This document shows, one piece after another, positions 50,197 through 63,416 of a stretch of DNA of 64,000 nucleotides; the first letter of the stretch is position 1; every line of letters starts with the position of its first letter. Below the pieces are notes generated by a model. The model was not told the origin of the DNA and did no database searches. It worked only from the letters and a program-made list of their open reading frames with translations. The DNA is taken from positions 1,426,001-1,490,000 of the forward strand of contig MU008164.1 of the NCBI GenBank assembly GCA_010909165.1. The letters run 5' to 3'. Source of the stretch: Anthoceros angustus (taxonomy: Eukaryota; Plantae; Anthocerotophyta). The position numbers were made by a program, and so were the translations under genes.

Positions 50197-51278
50197 ATGG
50201 CTGAATCACCGGAACCGGAGTCCGACTGGGGACTTCGGCCGGACATCCCTGCCTGGTCCTTGCCGTCCAGTTCTGAGGATATTGCTCCATGGAACGGCAC
50301 CACAGATCCTCTGGCAGCTCGTGCGCCTCACTACCGGGCTTTTCCCAGCCAGCCCAGCTGCTCCACCAAGGCTCTGAATGGATTGTGGGCCGGGGTCAAG
50401 TTCGGCCTGTTTGCTGGAGCTGTGGGGACCGCTTTCCAGGTCATGGAGTGGGGGCTGAGGTGAGAACACATGAACCTGCTGGCTGCCATCTTCTGCTTGT
50501 CACGGCGGAGCTGAATCGCGTTGGTGTTGGTGGCAGGGGCCCTGCTGCACTGGCCGTTGTGATGCGGGGCTCAGCTTCTGCTGCCTTCACATTTGGGAGC
50601 GGGATTGGCCTGTACAGAGGATCCGAGTGCAAATTTCAGCAACTGCGAGGTTGGTTAGTTTCGCATTGTGGCGTCAATCAGTGCAGAATGTAGAGGCAAG
50701 AGATTCAAGTGGCCTGCGTTTGCATAGGTGTGCAGGATGTGTATAATGCGATGCTGGCTGGAGGACTGATTGGCGCGCTGGCCGAAGTTCCTGTTATGCT
50801 CCGGAACCGGCTTCTGGAGGATGTAGAGAAGGTGCTTCTTGTGCCTCTTGAGTGCTAATACCCAGAGTCTTGCCCCGGCTCAATGAATACTGACTCAATT
50901 CTTGACAGGGTAAAGTGGTCTTCAGACCGCGGCCGAGGTTCCTCTTCAACGCAGCAGGTTTGTGTCGTCAAAACACCTCAAGCGGGACTCAGGTGCGAAT
51001 TATTAGCTCACTTCTTACTCGTTTTCCATGCAGTTGGAGCCGCTGGATGCGGCATTTTGTACCTGCTGGAGGCATCCCCTAAATCGACGAGGCAATCTCT
51101 ACCGAGGACAGCTCCCTTTCCGCCTCCACTGCAAGAACAGAGGAGCGGAGATACCCTGTCGACAGGAGGAGGCTGGGCGGAGAGAAGAGATGAGTGGAGC
51201 TTTGACGGTGATGCAAGTGTCCCTGAGATGATAGACTTCGCTGTAGAACCGGCTCAGGAAGGAGTAGCTACGTCGTGA
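50197..51278 (+). CDS. Tim17/Tim22/Tim23-family-like membrane protein, ~5 exons
   Basis: Gly-rich TM segments GVKFGLFAGAVG, AFTFGSGIGLYRGSEC..QQLRG|VQDVYNAMLAGGLIGAL (family RG.xD..N...AG pattern). Confidence 0.7.
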
Positions 51279-51820
51279 TCATTAATTGCAATACTGGGAT
51301 GGTTAACATTTGCAAATCCCATTACATAGCCTGTCCGACCCAGTCTGATTGATATTCTTACAGCACGCAAGGGACAAGCCTCTGCCCACATTCAGTAAGT
51401 CCAGCTTTCAAGACTCGATGCACTTCAAAAGGCGTCACCGCCTATTAAGAGTGTCTTCAGATCAAAACTTAGAATTTTGATAAGCACGCTACACAATCGC
51501 GAAGCCACCTACTGCTTTGCAGCTGCACGGTGCACAGGATTGACATAAACACGGTCTCGTCGTGCTGTTGTGTGATGTCTGGATGATGGCAAAATTGCAC
51601 TCTCTCCTCCTCATCGTCGAGCAAACAACGATGTTGTATTATCCATCAGAAAGCCAGCTCCCTGCACAAGTAGCACTTTGTCGTAAATTCAGAGCTCTGC
51701 GCAACTTGCACGAATGCGATTCAATTTTCACAAGATGTCCCGGTTCCACAAATGTCAGAGTACAAGGAAAGCAGGCATCAGGCATATGGCAACAAATTCT
51801 CACCTACAGCATCCGCAACA

Positions 51821-52168
51821 CTAACGATCTGGTGAAGCATGGCAGAGAGTACCCTGGACTAAAGCCGGAGACGAGAGAGAACTGGTGCTCAAGCGGGCCA
51901 CCAGGCGGGCTGCCGCTGTGGCGCTGTACAACGGCAGCAGGGACTCTCCACAGGCAATCCGAGGCAACAAACGACTCCTCCGACACCGGAACGCAGATCC
52001 TTCCAAGGACCGGAAATCAGCGGTAGCAGGGGTTCGCATCCTGCGAGCAGCACCTTCTACCTGCACTTCCCCCCTGCTCAGCAAGTGGCACCCCCGAGAG
52101 GACGACTGCCATGACCGAGCTCCAGACAACACCGACCTCCTCGCCGCCCGGCTCACGATTGCCGCCAT
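51821..52168 (-). CDS. NOXY2/NFD6-like small mitochondrial protein
   Basis: Arg/Ser-rich presequence; ACGESLLPLYSATAAARL and ALVQGTLC..SP C-terminus typical of the family. Confidence 0.75.
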   Translation of the reverse strand: MAAIVSRAARRSVLSGARSWQSSSRGCHLLSRGEVQVEGAARRMRTPATADFRSLEGSAFRCRRSRLLPRIACGESLLPLYSATAAARLVARLSTSSLSSPALVQGTLCHASPDR

Positions 52169-52184
52169 CGCACACCAGGAAAAC

Positions 52185-52192
52185 TAGGGTTT
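52185..52192. promoter_or_regulatory. telo-box (AAACCCTA on - strand) just upstream of the NOXY2-like ATG
   Basis: TAGGGTTT on the + strand, 17 bp from the start codon. Confidence 0.45.
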
Positions 52193-52769
52193 CCGCGGTG
52201 CTACTCTCAGTTTCACACTCCCCGCATGAACTGTGCTCGAATTTCGCACCAGGTTTCCAACAGCAGCGTCAAGTGATTCTTAAACGAAACGTCCGGAACT
52301 CAATTGAGTTGGAGGACTTTCTCCCGCAGTGTCACACAAAAGTCTTTCTTGAACATCTGATCTAGACCAGAGATGAGAAATGGGCATGGCTGCTCACTGC
52401 AGCGTCAAATTGTGCTGTCCAAGGTGCTGCTTCCGATGGAAAAACGAAGCACCGCAGGAGATGGGAAACGATCAGCTGGTGATATGAGGTGTCTGCCCAG
52501 CAAACAGATGCCGCTCTTCCAGCACTTGCATCTTAGCAAAGCGTAGAGCTCCACTGCAACTACACCTGCTAGCTAGCTGATGTAATTTGCTATCCTTACA
52601 TGAGGGCCACTGGGAGTATCAGCACAAGCTTGCATCACGCTGCATACTGGTCTCCAAGCCCTGCTCACCATCGCTGCCATTCAGCGAATTACCATCTCCT
52701 TCTCATGACGGCATGCAAACATCCAGCTGACAGAATGCGGGCAAAGTTTCTCCAGCCAGTACCAGTTCC

Positions 52770-53228
52770 TTAGTCCAGAGAATTGCGGACTTGGATTCCC
52801 ATAGACCGGGCCGTTCCCATAATCGACTTACAGATAGCCTCGAGAGGGACGTACTGGCAATCCGGATCCGTCTGCTTGATCTTAGCAATCTCATAGACGT
52901 GCTTCAGTGTGACAACCCCGGCAGTGTCATGCCCCGGTCTGCCACCACCTTTCTGTAGCCCAGCTGCCTTCTTCAGAAAGTAGGAAACCGAGGGCGACTT
53001 CACCTTGAACTCGAATGTGAAATCCTTGTATGCGGTAATCAGCACAGACATAGGGACATCTTGCCTGATGTGCTGCGTCCGGGCGTTGAAGTCCTTGCAG
53101 AAAGCCATCAAATTCAAACGGTGCTGTCCCAGCGCAGGCCCGACTGGAGGAGCGGGCTTCGCTTGCCCCGCGTTCACCACAAGCCTTATCATCGCTGCTA
53201 CTGGCTTCTCCTTCACCTTGCCTGCCAT
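52770..53228 (-). CDS. RPL11: Mitochondrial ribosomal protein uL11m
   Basis: AGQAKPAPPVGPALGQHRLNLMAFCKDFNART, VKSPSVSYFLKKAAG, KHVYEIAKIK, GTARSMGI. Confidence 0.95.
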   Translation of the reverse strand: MAGKVKEKPVAAMIRLVVNAGQAKPAPPVGPALGQHRLNLMAFCKDFNARTQHIRQDVPMSVLITAYKDFTFEFKVKSPSVSYFLKKAAGLQKGGGRPGHDTAGVVTLKHVYEIAKIKQTDPDCQYVPLEAICKSIMGTARSMGIQVRNSLD

Positions 53229-53325
53229 CTTCCCAAATCCTTTGCCTGCAACAGGGCCGCCGGCTGCAAAACGTCCGATCCTTTCCTCACATCAGAACGA
53301 AAATAGTGGAAACACTCTCGCAGGA

Positions 53326-53334
53326 TTAGGGTTT
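53326..53334. promoter_or_regulatory. telo-box upstream of RPL11
   Basis: TTAGGGTTT ~100 bp upstream of the ATG; telo-boxes are typical of plant ribosomal protein genes. Confidence 0.55.
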
Positions 53335-54344
53335 AGCGCTTCCCGATGGCTGTCTCCTTTCGTCGCTGTCTCTCATGGTAAGTGATGGTCGCAGTTTGTA
53401 CCCGGAAGGGCTCCGTGGCCCACCTCTTCCGCCTCGCAGGTGCAGCCATGGCTGCAAGCGAGCAGGGGCCGGAGATTGATGTCGATGGTCATCATGGGTT
53501 GTCGATTACGGGGCTTCCCTTACGCGTCTGGTTGTTGGCGAATCGCGGGCTTGGCTCTACCACATCAATATGCACTACAAAGCTGGGTGATCGATTCTCC
53601 ATAGCTTGTTGGTTGGATTAGGCTCGGATCGGCATGCCACCTTCAGATTATCGTGCAGGCATCAAGGAGGTGAGCTGTTGCAAAATGTAAGGTGATGGCT
53701 TAGATTCCACAAGTATGTCGCTCCGCTTATGGCCCAGCGCAATACAATGCGTGCATTTCAGGAAAAACAGACATGACTGTGATCGGCGTCACAGATCACC
53801 GATGCTCTTTTCGAGATGTGAGCGTTCAACAAGTTGAGGAGCGAGTTCTCCTGGGGTGGATTCGTATTCCGACGAACCTGTATCAAATGCTCGTTGCTGA
53901 AAGTGCACCTTGCTCAAGCGGAGTAGATGGCTTCAGACCTCCTTTTGTTTAGGTTTGCTGCAGACCTGCCTTGACAACACACACTTTCCTTGATTATGAA
54001 AGTTGTCATTCCTCACTTGATGGTTCAAAGCTTGAAATGTCTGTTCCCATGTGAGAAATCAGCCTTCAGTTACACCTACGTCTCTGCATCACACGCCAAG
54101 CAGGCAAGCAAATGCCAGACTTAGCGGGTTAGCCTCAATCCAGGATTGGGAAATTGTGTTTGTAATTGCAGATGATGTTGTGACTGTTCTGCTTGTTTTT
54201 GCGTGTGGCTGCTCATCGGTCAGGGTCTTCAAATTCTGTGAGACTCCCTGTCACCTTGCAAACTTGTAATTCAGCACGGCACGTAATATACACAAGCTTG
54301 TCATTGAAAATGTAGGTAATGCTGCCAGCGTCCTCACTCCTCAG

Positions 54345-55649
54345 GTGTCACCATTATGTCACCGAATAGTCAGCAGCTCCTGGCCTCCGACAATGAGCGA
54401 ACAATCGTATGACCCGACTGAATTGTCGGTGCCAGATGCTGCCTGGAAAGGGTGGAGGCTTTATCTCGGACCCACTGATTACTTTGGAGCTCTGACTCGC
54501 GTCAACCACCAACTGTTAGTGAACCAGTCTTCTGGAACTGCCGATGTTGACCCCATGGGTCTGTTGAACAGCTACAGTGGACTTTGATCACCAAGGCAGC
54601 ATGGACGTCTTCAAGCAGTTTCTGGACAAAAACACAGCCAAGCCGGAATTGAAGGTTGGTGCAGGCAAGGATGGCGGATCCAGCAGCCAATTCCTTGACA
54701 AGCTGATCAAGATGAAACTCAGTCGTGAAAAACTGGGCATCATCACTGTACTGGCTGTCTCGAGTGGTGTATTCTTCCTTGTTTGGCATCACCCTAAGCT
54801 AAGATATAGGCGCCCAGCGGAGACGGCAAGAAGATGTTGCAAGACCAGAGGTTGTCAAACAGATTCTGACGAGCTCACTTGTACCACCATATCAGTATCA
54901 GGATGTCCACCTCCTACAATATGTGTCTCTGCTCCACCCACAGTTGGGTCGACACCCTGTTGTGCTGAGTCGACACCCTGTTGTGCTGAGGAATGTGGGG
55001 AGACTGCTACCACAGCCGTCGACATGGAGGATTCACGACAGACGGTTGTGGTGCATCCTTCTCAAAGGCCTCGTGCTATACTGGGGAGCTGGACTACGAG
55101 GTCTCGGGGACCTCCAGACACTGTCAGCATTTCGCACGACGGTATCAGTGACTGATCTTGTCTTTCTCAAGGGAAGAAAGGAAATGGGCCTGCTTTGCTT
55201 CGTCCTTGCTTTGTTTTGAGCAGAGAATGACTGGAATGCTTCCTGCCACAGGTGGCAATGGTAGGAGGAAGAGGGTTTCCTTTTCTAAGAACGTGGTTGA
55301 ACCAGTAGGTGACAATGAGGCGTATCGTCGAAATCCTCGGTCATCAACAGCACGTCAAGGTGCAAATGCAAGGCGGCTGGATGACAGCAAGAAGAATGGC
55401 GATGTCTCCCACAAGGATGCTGCGAATCGGACCATTTATGCTGGCGTTCCACGTCCACCATGTCACCCTGACACTATACGAAATGCCATGGAACAAGAGC
55501 CGCAGCCCACAGCGCATGAGGATGGCATGGACGTAGTCAAGGGTTGTCGGCATACTCGATCGGCTGACACAGGAGAGCAGAGGTTATTTCCCCTGAAGCA
55601 GCATGACAGGAACAAGTATGATAAAAACTCTCAGTATTTTTGTTTTTAG
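54345..55649 (+). CDS. Unknown single-TM protein with KRVxF...VVEP..N..YRR motif; additional upstream exons (from ~53449) possible
   Basis: TM LGIITVLAVSSGVFFLVW; intron ~55141-55251 joins to GGNGRRKRVSFSKNVVEPVGDNEAYRR. Confidence 0.55.
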
Positions 55650-56478
55650 AGAGCTTCATAAAGAATGGAATAATACATAAACTCACAGTATTGGCCTTCC
55701 TTCCCCTGTGGGCGATAACAGAACACCAAATGGCCAAAGGATTATTCCAAAGAATTACATCTGCGACCAAGGTCAGAATTGCTGCAAGATTACTGGCTCC
55801 CGGACATGTACTTCCACACCAACTCAATCGGACGTATGAGAGTGCTGTCCAGCCGTTGGGGAGGAAGTCTGTGAGTTGAACGCTTCAGGTAGGCTATTGA
55901 TCGATGCCTTTCTCAAAGTAAACTAGGAATCAGTCAGCAACTGGATCCCTCAGGTCAGGAAACCTCCAATCGTTTGTATGAGTCCTGGCAAGTCCAACAC
56001 ACATAAGAAGGGCCACACAGCTACATACCCAACATCCAACGAGAGTGTCTGCGACTCAAGGGTGCCGCAAACTCAGTTCGGACGAGCCACGAGACGTACC
56101 ATGTTAGGTTGGTTAGAAAGGGAACATAAGCTCCTTGCTACTTCCCTGTCACTTCGTCGGATCATAATGGGAGATTCCAACTGAACAGACTCCTATGAGC
56201 TGTGCAAAGCAAGTCCAAGGTGCAGACGGAAAGAATCTTGCTTCTTGACGGAGGGGCTGCTAGTTGGTCACCCAAAGCACCAGGTGTTCTGGTGGCAAAA
56301 TTGGGATGGACGACCAAGTGGTTCATCTGCGTCCATTCCCCTCGGAACTGGTATTCATCACCACATGCTTTCAAGAACCTGTCAAAGACCGCACCAACAC
56401 CTTACCCTGAAGATGAGGGGCTGGAGAACTAAGTTGTTCGAGAGAGCACCCTCCACTGTCTCCTAAGCCTCAAGTCCC

Positions 56479-59400
56479 TCACGAACTTGGTGGTGTGGTC
56501 CATTCAGAGGGCACAGGGCCAATATCCTGGATGATTTCTCGGTGACACGACCAAACCAACTTGATGGCCTCAGGTGTCCCAATCCCAGCGGCTCTGGGAT
56601 CTCCAGCTGGTCCAAACCTGCACAGAAAGGGCCCACGGAGAACTCAGCCACCCATTGAAACATCTAAGGAAGCTAAAGCACTAACAAAATAGGACCAGGA
56701 ACCTAACCAATGATTCTGTGGAGCCCCAGTTGTTCGAGCACGAATCCCGGCATAAGTTGTACCATTGACGGTGTTGGCCAGGACTTCCTGAGGTGTGTGC
56801 AAAGGAAACGAGTCAGATAAGACCATCATTCTAAAAGGCAGCGACAAGCCTGTCAATGTCAATACCTGCAGGAAGTGGGCATCGTTTGAAACGACAGCTG
56901 CTGTCAGATGAGCATGCATTCTTTCGCATGCCTCCAGAACAAGTGGTAAATCCTCCTGCTTGTATTCAGTCAGGACCTATACCATCCAACGCATCTGCTT
57001 GTCAGACTGTTTGAAAAGAGGTCCAGAGTTGCATGACCCTATCAAAACTTCAAGATACAGACAACCCACCCACCTGAAACGGGCCGAAGATTTCTTTAGT
57101 GACAAGATCAAAGTTTTCAGTTTTCAGCATCTCCTGAAGAGGTACAAACACAGCTGTCGGTTCCAGGGCCCCGTATATGTCAGGGATGCGGTGGTTCTTG
57201 AGAGGTTTTCCACCGAACTCCACTCTGGTACCAGGAATCTTCAGTAGATTGTTTGTATGATCGATCATTTGTTCCGTTGTAACCTGCAAAATAGGTGATC
57301 AGCATAGCACCGACAGGAACAGTAAAATATAAACACGAATAACAGAAGTCAGAGAATGACTGAGGCAGTGAGATTCTACAGTCAAGACAGGGCCGACGGT
57401 GAGATCGTCTAGTTTCCGCCGTGCAGCCAGGTGCCTCAGCTTGTCAACGATGCCTGTTGATTTCCAATTCTATTGGCACACCAATCAAGAGGACGTACGT
57501 AAGGCTGACTTCAAAATACCTTCAATGACAAATAGAGAATACCTAAGAGCTTGTTGAAAAAAATCCATGTACTTACCTCGTGGATAAACAGTATGGACTG
57601 AGCAGAACACTTTTGACCGCTGCATGCATACGCATCTTGGTCACAAACCCAGGCAACATAATCCTCCTGCCATGCAATCAAAGGAATACTTGTCATTTTG
57701 CTGAAGGTCATAATCAACGGCTTGCTTATAACAATATAGGCACCTGAGCCACATCTGGGCCGAGTATTTTCCAATCAAATCCCGCATCTTCCAGCCTAAC
57801 CCGGCCCTTAAGATCCGTGGCCAGCTTATCTGCCACTTTTGAGCTTCCAGTGAAAAGCGTCATTTGAGGATGGGCCTGCTCGAGATAATCCAAAAGCCCA
57901 GTTTTTCAAATTTAGTGCTTTCAGCGAATCAACTTCACTCAAATTATACAGCCTCTCTCTCTCAGTCACCTACCTCAAGCAACAGCTGATTCATAGTAGC
58001 CCCATCAGAATGGACAAGCTCTACATCATTAACCGGTAGCCCACATCCATGGAGGAGCCTTAGCATTTGCTCCATGACAACACTGACCTGGATATAAAGC
58101 ACGGCATGTTAATCCAGAGGTCAACTGACGATCAGGTTCATCAGAGTGGGCAGTTAACTTTGGAAACTAACCTTGCTGTCAACTTTGAGAAGCACCTTGT
58201 TGCCCATATACAAGGCACCCATGAGCTGCAAAACAGGAATCTCCAAAGGAAAGTTGAACGGAGTGATTATTGTCACCTGCTCCAGCACATTACTAGCCTT
58301 AGACATGACCAGGACATCCGCTTCTCACAGTCACTGATGAATGTAAACTCAAATGTTTTGGTTAGCTGGTTTGTTCATACCGGCCCATAAGGCCAACGCA
58401 ATCCATTGCTTGTCTGTCCCTGATGATTCCCAGCAACAGCAAAGGAGCGGGCCAAAAATCTAACCTATAGGATGAAGACAGCAACCTCAAGGTTAAAAGC
58501 CACGCCAAAACAAGTACATGTTGTGATGATTCAACTTGGTGGCATTTCCATACGGTAGACACCAGGGCTCCCACTGAGAAAAGTACCTGATCACCTGAGA
58601 AGTTTTCAAAGAACTTCTGGGTAACAGTGACTTCCCCGAGAGCCTGGACATAGCTCTTGGGTGAAACTCGTTGAATTAATCTGGTGAAAAACTCAGCCAC
58701 CTGTTCCCAAGGCCAAGAAACATGCATTAGCCCGTAGGATTAAGTGAGAAAGTGCTCTTCAGGAACGAAGTAACGAAAAGCACAAACATCAAGAAGGAAA
58801 GGTACAGCAAGAGAAGTGGATCTCACCTCTGGCTGCTTCAATGCGTGTGCAGCGTTTGCGGATACTTCTCCATAAAGCAGGTACCTGAAAGTGCAAAGTT
58901 AAGGCCTAACCAGAGGACACAGTTCAGGCCCAAAAGTTCAAGGTAGGATCGATCACACCGGACTCTCTCTAACCTTTCAGGGTTTTTCAGCGGATTGTGA
59001 AGGCCAGACTTCGGACAAGATTTGAGGCTCCGAACGAAAGGCTGGAAAACAGAGGTGCAAGCATCCTTATTCCCGAACTCCAATGCAATCCAATCCAGAA
59101 ACAATCCACAGAGAGCAGGAGAAATGGCAGGTACTTCAATTTCCTCCGACGAGGTGTCTGGAACTTTGATGAATTGTTGTCCGTTCAGAGGATCGGGCAC
59201 GTGGGTCCATTTAGCGGTGCCACACCACTTCCCTTCAACTGCACAAGGGGAATTGAGGTGGTGTTAATTGGACCACAAGACTCCTGAGGGTCACAATGGC
59301 AACCTACCTACCGAGCCCGAAACATAAAGCAAGTGGCCAACTTTCACCTAGATTATATATGTGCGCAGGCCGAGAGCCCGATATTTCTTGAGGATCCAAG

Positions 59401-59646
59401 GTCGCAAATGACAAATTCGACGACAGCCTGCACGCAAGACTTGAGCTCGTGCAAGGACTTCACAAACGGTGCATGCCAAATTGGGGAGCAAAAAAAAAAA
59501 ACGCACCTTGAAGTCCCAGATTGTTCAGCACTCTCCTGATAAGCGCACTGCAAACCAGAGCTGCTACTCAGCATGCGCAGCACTCGGACATTGCTCCGAG
59601 TAACCAGACAGAAGAACTGTCGCTGCATCTTCTGCGCCCCCAACAT
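56479..59646 (-). CDS. ALDH12A1: Delta-1-pyrroline-5-carboxylate dehydrogenase, mitochondrial, multi-exon
   Basis: DPLNGQQFIKV, KSGLHNPLKNPER, ITPFNFPLEIP, LFTGS, DAYACSGQKCSAQS, EIFGPFQ, NGTTYAGIRARTTGAPQNHW. Confidence 0.96.
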
Positions 59647-61499
59647 CTTGTGCCTCCACTTCCCTAACCGGACAAAACACAACCAGACATAAATCCCTTC
59701 GCCACGCTCTACACAAATCCAGCTGAGCAACAGGACACACAAATGCCAGTCCCCAAGCTTCCCTTCCACTTCCTCCCAGGCACCACCAAATACCTAAGAG
59801 CACAATTCAGCAGACAAGCGGAATGGGCTCCCAAACCATACCCGCCAACAGCAGATAGCAGGAATTTGAGAGAGCAGGAAGACCCGAGCTGCAGGAAAAT
59901 CAAGTCTTTACATACACTCGATTGACACACCGAGCTACAAGGGACGCCGGCGAAGCGAGCCCGGTGCGGGAGAAGAGGAAGAAGCAGGAATCGGAAGGAA
60001 TTTGATGCTAGAGCGGGAGACGAGAGCATGCTCACCCCGAGGCTACCAGGCGCCAATTCCGCAGCAAGCGAGGAGCGAAGGTTCCACGAAGCCGCGCCGC
60101 AAACGCGCAGCTACAACTGGAAGAAGGAAGAGCGGGGCTCGGCTCGCAATCGCAATTGCTGCGCATTCATCTCTGGCAACAGCAGCGGCAGGAACGGACT
60201 GCACAGCTCCGCAGACAACGACCGACACCGCTTTCATCCATTTGTCAAGAGTTTGTACAAAAACCACCAAACTCCATTAACTGGTATATTAGTATAATAA
60301 TATGGAAGAGCGCTTGAAGAAAACACTCGGGGAAAGGGACAGAGCCTTTTGTTGCTCTCGATGAGCTTATTGTTGGTTGTGCCTTGCAAGTTGGAAGATC
60401 GAAAGACTCGATCTCACCGGCTGATCGAGTGGAGAGTGTTCTCCTTTTCTCTGGCAATATGATCGAAGGAACGGGCCGCTCGGAAGGTCGTGAAGGAGAG
60501 AAGAACAAGGGATCCTAGAAGAAAAGAGCCTGGCATACAGGAGTCACCTAAGCTAAACTACAGACTTAACCATTGATGGGCATATGCTTTCCCTTGAAAC
60601 ACAAGAGTATTTCTAGACAGCCAAATTGCATGCAAAGTGAAAGCACGCAAGAGAAACGAGGGGATAGGGGATGGAGAGGGGCGGAGGGAAGAAAGAAAAT
60701 AGGGGGCGAAGGCTGAGCTTTTATGAACCTGGGGAGCCTGTTATGGAGTTGAGCGTAGAATGCTTGCGTTGAAGAGGAAACGAAAAACAAATGAAAGTCG
60801 AGTCTGGAACAGAGAGGCTCCTGGTACAGAGATGAGGAGCAAACTCTGCAAGCCTCAGAGCTTGGTGCAGAAGTAGCCAGAGAAAGGATTGAACCCTTAA
60901 GAGCACGGTGAAGTGTTGGGGAACTCACATTGTAGACCAGATATGTTGTCCAAAGCCAGATCAGGTGTATTTCATAATGTCCTCAAAACAACATGCTCAT
61001 GCTGTCACTGGTTCTGCACAAGAAATGTACAACCACATCTAGAAATCTACAATCTACCCGCATCATGGCCCGCAATTGCAAGTGGTGTGACCTGAATCTG
61101 ACAGGAAGAGTCGGCCAGCTTCATGCTCAGATTCATGTAAAAGAGAACGTGGACATAACGTTATGCTGCTGTAGCCGACATGTGCTTCAAGGGATGGCAA
61201 CCTAGAATAGAAGAGGCCCCAAGAGTGTTTGACGGACTTGCCTAAAGAGGTGCATCACTGACTTGCCCATACTACACGTGTGGTCAGCAGGCGGCCTTGA
61301 TTTCTCTTTCAATACCTGTGGCTGAGACGATTGAATCCGCAATAGCAGCTTCCGATTGCGTTGAGGTTGGCAAGGCCCTGGCCTGAGCTTGCCCTTCAAA
61401 AAGTTCGTCCTCTTCGTTCCAGCATCAAGTGATACTTTCCAACGCTTGTCAGGTGACATCTTATTTGTTTCCGCGGCCATACTGTAAGCGCCGGACAAG

Positions 61500-62570
61500 A
61501 TGCAGATGTGTTTGGTGCAAAATGACTCGGGCGAGCCCTCAGCTAATAACTCCAGCATGGAGGACAGACTTTGGAGGAATTTACCGACGACAATCTTGGA
61601 AAGTGTGTTGGAGTGGCTGCCTCTGTCCCCGATGTTAAGATGCCGTGCCGTGTGCAAAGACTGGCACCGCCTCCTGTCCTCTGCCGCGTTTCTGGAGCAG
61701 TGGAAGCGGAATTCCGTGGTTCCCCTGGGAATCAACGTGTTTGTCGGCGAGGAAGGAGAACAGACTTCGCTGCCTCCGGAGGTGAGCTTGCACAAGTTTG
61801 TGTTCCCCTTCTCCTCGCTTTCCCCTTACCCGCGTGCAGCATCTGGAGGTTTGATCTGCTTCTCTGCGGGATCGGCCGACGGGGAGGCTACCATTTGCGA
61901 GCCATTGGTGATTTGCAACCCTCTCACAGGAAATTGGAACAGGTTGTCGACCTTACCCTACGCTCGGTTTAGAGCGGCAGACCGCACTGGAAACTCGGTG
62001 GTAGTCCTGTCGTATGTGGAATTGAAAGTGGATTACGGCTCCAAGACCTATGCACTACGCGTTGGTTGTCACAGTGGGGCGCAATTTGAATACGAATCCG
62101 GATCCAGCACCTGGGCACCATTGAATGCTCTGACTCGTGGACTTCGGATGTCTCAGACTGTGGGTGTGCCCCAGCATCACCCACACACCATGCACATTTT
62201 TCGGTCATCAGTGAAGGCCCCGTGGACTGCTTACTTGGTGAATGTGTACTACTCACATTACAACAATAGGGTCGATATATGGAAGGTTTGTCCGTCGGGA
62301 CCTCGCGTGGACGGCCCGGATATATTTGAAATGTCCAACGAGGTTTCGCACCGCCATCACCACGTCAGATGTCTAGACGACTACGTGTGCATATATATCC
62401 TTTTTGATGTACACCAGAAATTTTCACGATTGAAGCCTGAAAAGATGGGATTGATTACGTACCAACTCACCACACATACGTGGAGTTCCTGGGTTGTGGA
62501 TGCCTATCTCGATAACCCAGCAGTGTGTGTTTTCACACTTAATCCAATGGCCAATCAAATTACCTTGTGA
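61500..62570 (+). CDS. Intronless F-box protein with kelch/FBA-like C-terminus
   Basis: LWRNLPTTILESVLEWLP..MLRCRAVCKDW F-box; ASGGLICF, LVICNPLTGNW. Confidence 0.88.
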   Translation: MQMCLVQNDSGEPSANNSSMEDRLWRNLPTTILESVLEWLPLSPMLRCRAVCKDWHRLLSSAAFLEQWKRNSVVPLGINVFVGEEGEQTSLPPEVSLHKFVFPFSSLSPYPRAASGGLICFSAGSADGEATICEPLVICNPLTGNWNRLSTLPYARFRAADRTGNSVVVLSYVELKVDYGSKTYALRVGCHSGAQFEYESGSSTWAPLNALTRGLRMSQTVGVPQHHPHTMHIFRSSVKAPWTAYLVNVYYSHYNNRVDIWKVCPSGPRVDGPDIFEMSNEVSHRHHHVRCLDDYVCIYILFDVHQKFSRLKPEKMGLITYQLTTHTWSSWVVDAYLDNPAVCVFTLNPMANQITL

Positions 62571-63341
62571 GAGTTCTATGTCTCATGTAGTACATTGTTG
62601 GGGCCAGAAACGACAACCACGTCTCATGGGTTCATCATCTTCTCTAGGTCTCCACTGGAGGCTTCACCTTCTTGCTAACATGCCCTTACCCCAGATTGAT
62701 GGAATCGAATTTAGACAAGTATTTTGTTTCATATTTTACCTCAAGTGTTTAAACTTATTTTTTATCATCAATTTTAATATATTTTTATAGTTTTTAATAA
62801 TAATAATAATAATAAAAGAATATTCCATTGCCTAGAACACATACAATGTAGAAAAAGAATTTTATTTAAGTCCACTAAGGCCGGGACTTCCGTCGTGGGA
62901 CTGAGATATAACAACTACATAGATTGCGGTAAAATGGTCTGGACGAATGGAACGGTAAAATTCGAACAAGACAAATAATCTTCAATCAAATCAACAGTAT
63001 CAATGAAAATCCGTGAACGAGGGCTAAACACCACCAATTCATCCCCACGAAAGAAAGCCACATGACCTGCAACATGAACAGCTCTGATAGCAAGTAACTT
63101 CTCCTTCTCAGTCTTCCATTGCAATGTAGTCCCCTCCCTGAGATTTTTCTCAACCCGGGTGGCTGCAAATATACGATATTTAGTAATACTAAATTTAGTA
63201 ATGTTAAAAAAATAGGATATAGAAAATAGTAAAGCCAATGAGCTGGTAATTATCATGTACCATTCATAGCAGACACATTAGGAGGAATCATTGTTGGGCA
63301 TGGTCCATAGAATTTTGTAGACAAGATTGGCTCGGGAGCTT

Positions 63342-63416
63342 TTTTTGTCATAAAGGTACACTGAGGTTTTTGTCATAAAGGTACACTGAAGTTTTTGTTA
63401 TAAAGGTACACTGAGG
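63342..63416. repeat. Three-copy 25-bp tandem repeat TTTTTGTCATAAAGGTACACTGAGG
   Basis: Read directly. Confidence 0.85.

Noticed and set aside
55649-56479. Possible P5CDH natural-antisense pair like Arabidopsis P5CDH/SRO5
   Set aside because: The convergent gene is not SRO-like, and UTR overlap cannot be shown from DNA.
59700-61490. Many short ORFs between P5CDH and the F-box gene
   Set aside because: No motifs; better explained as UTR, intron or promoter sequence.
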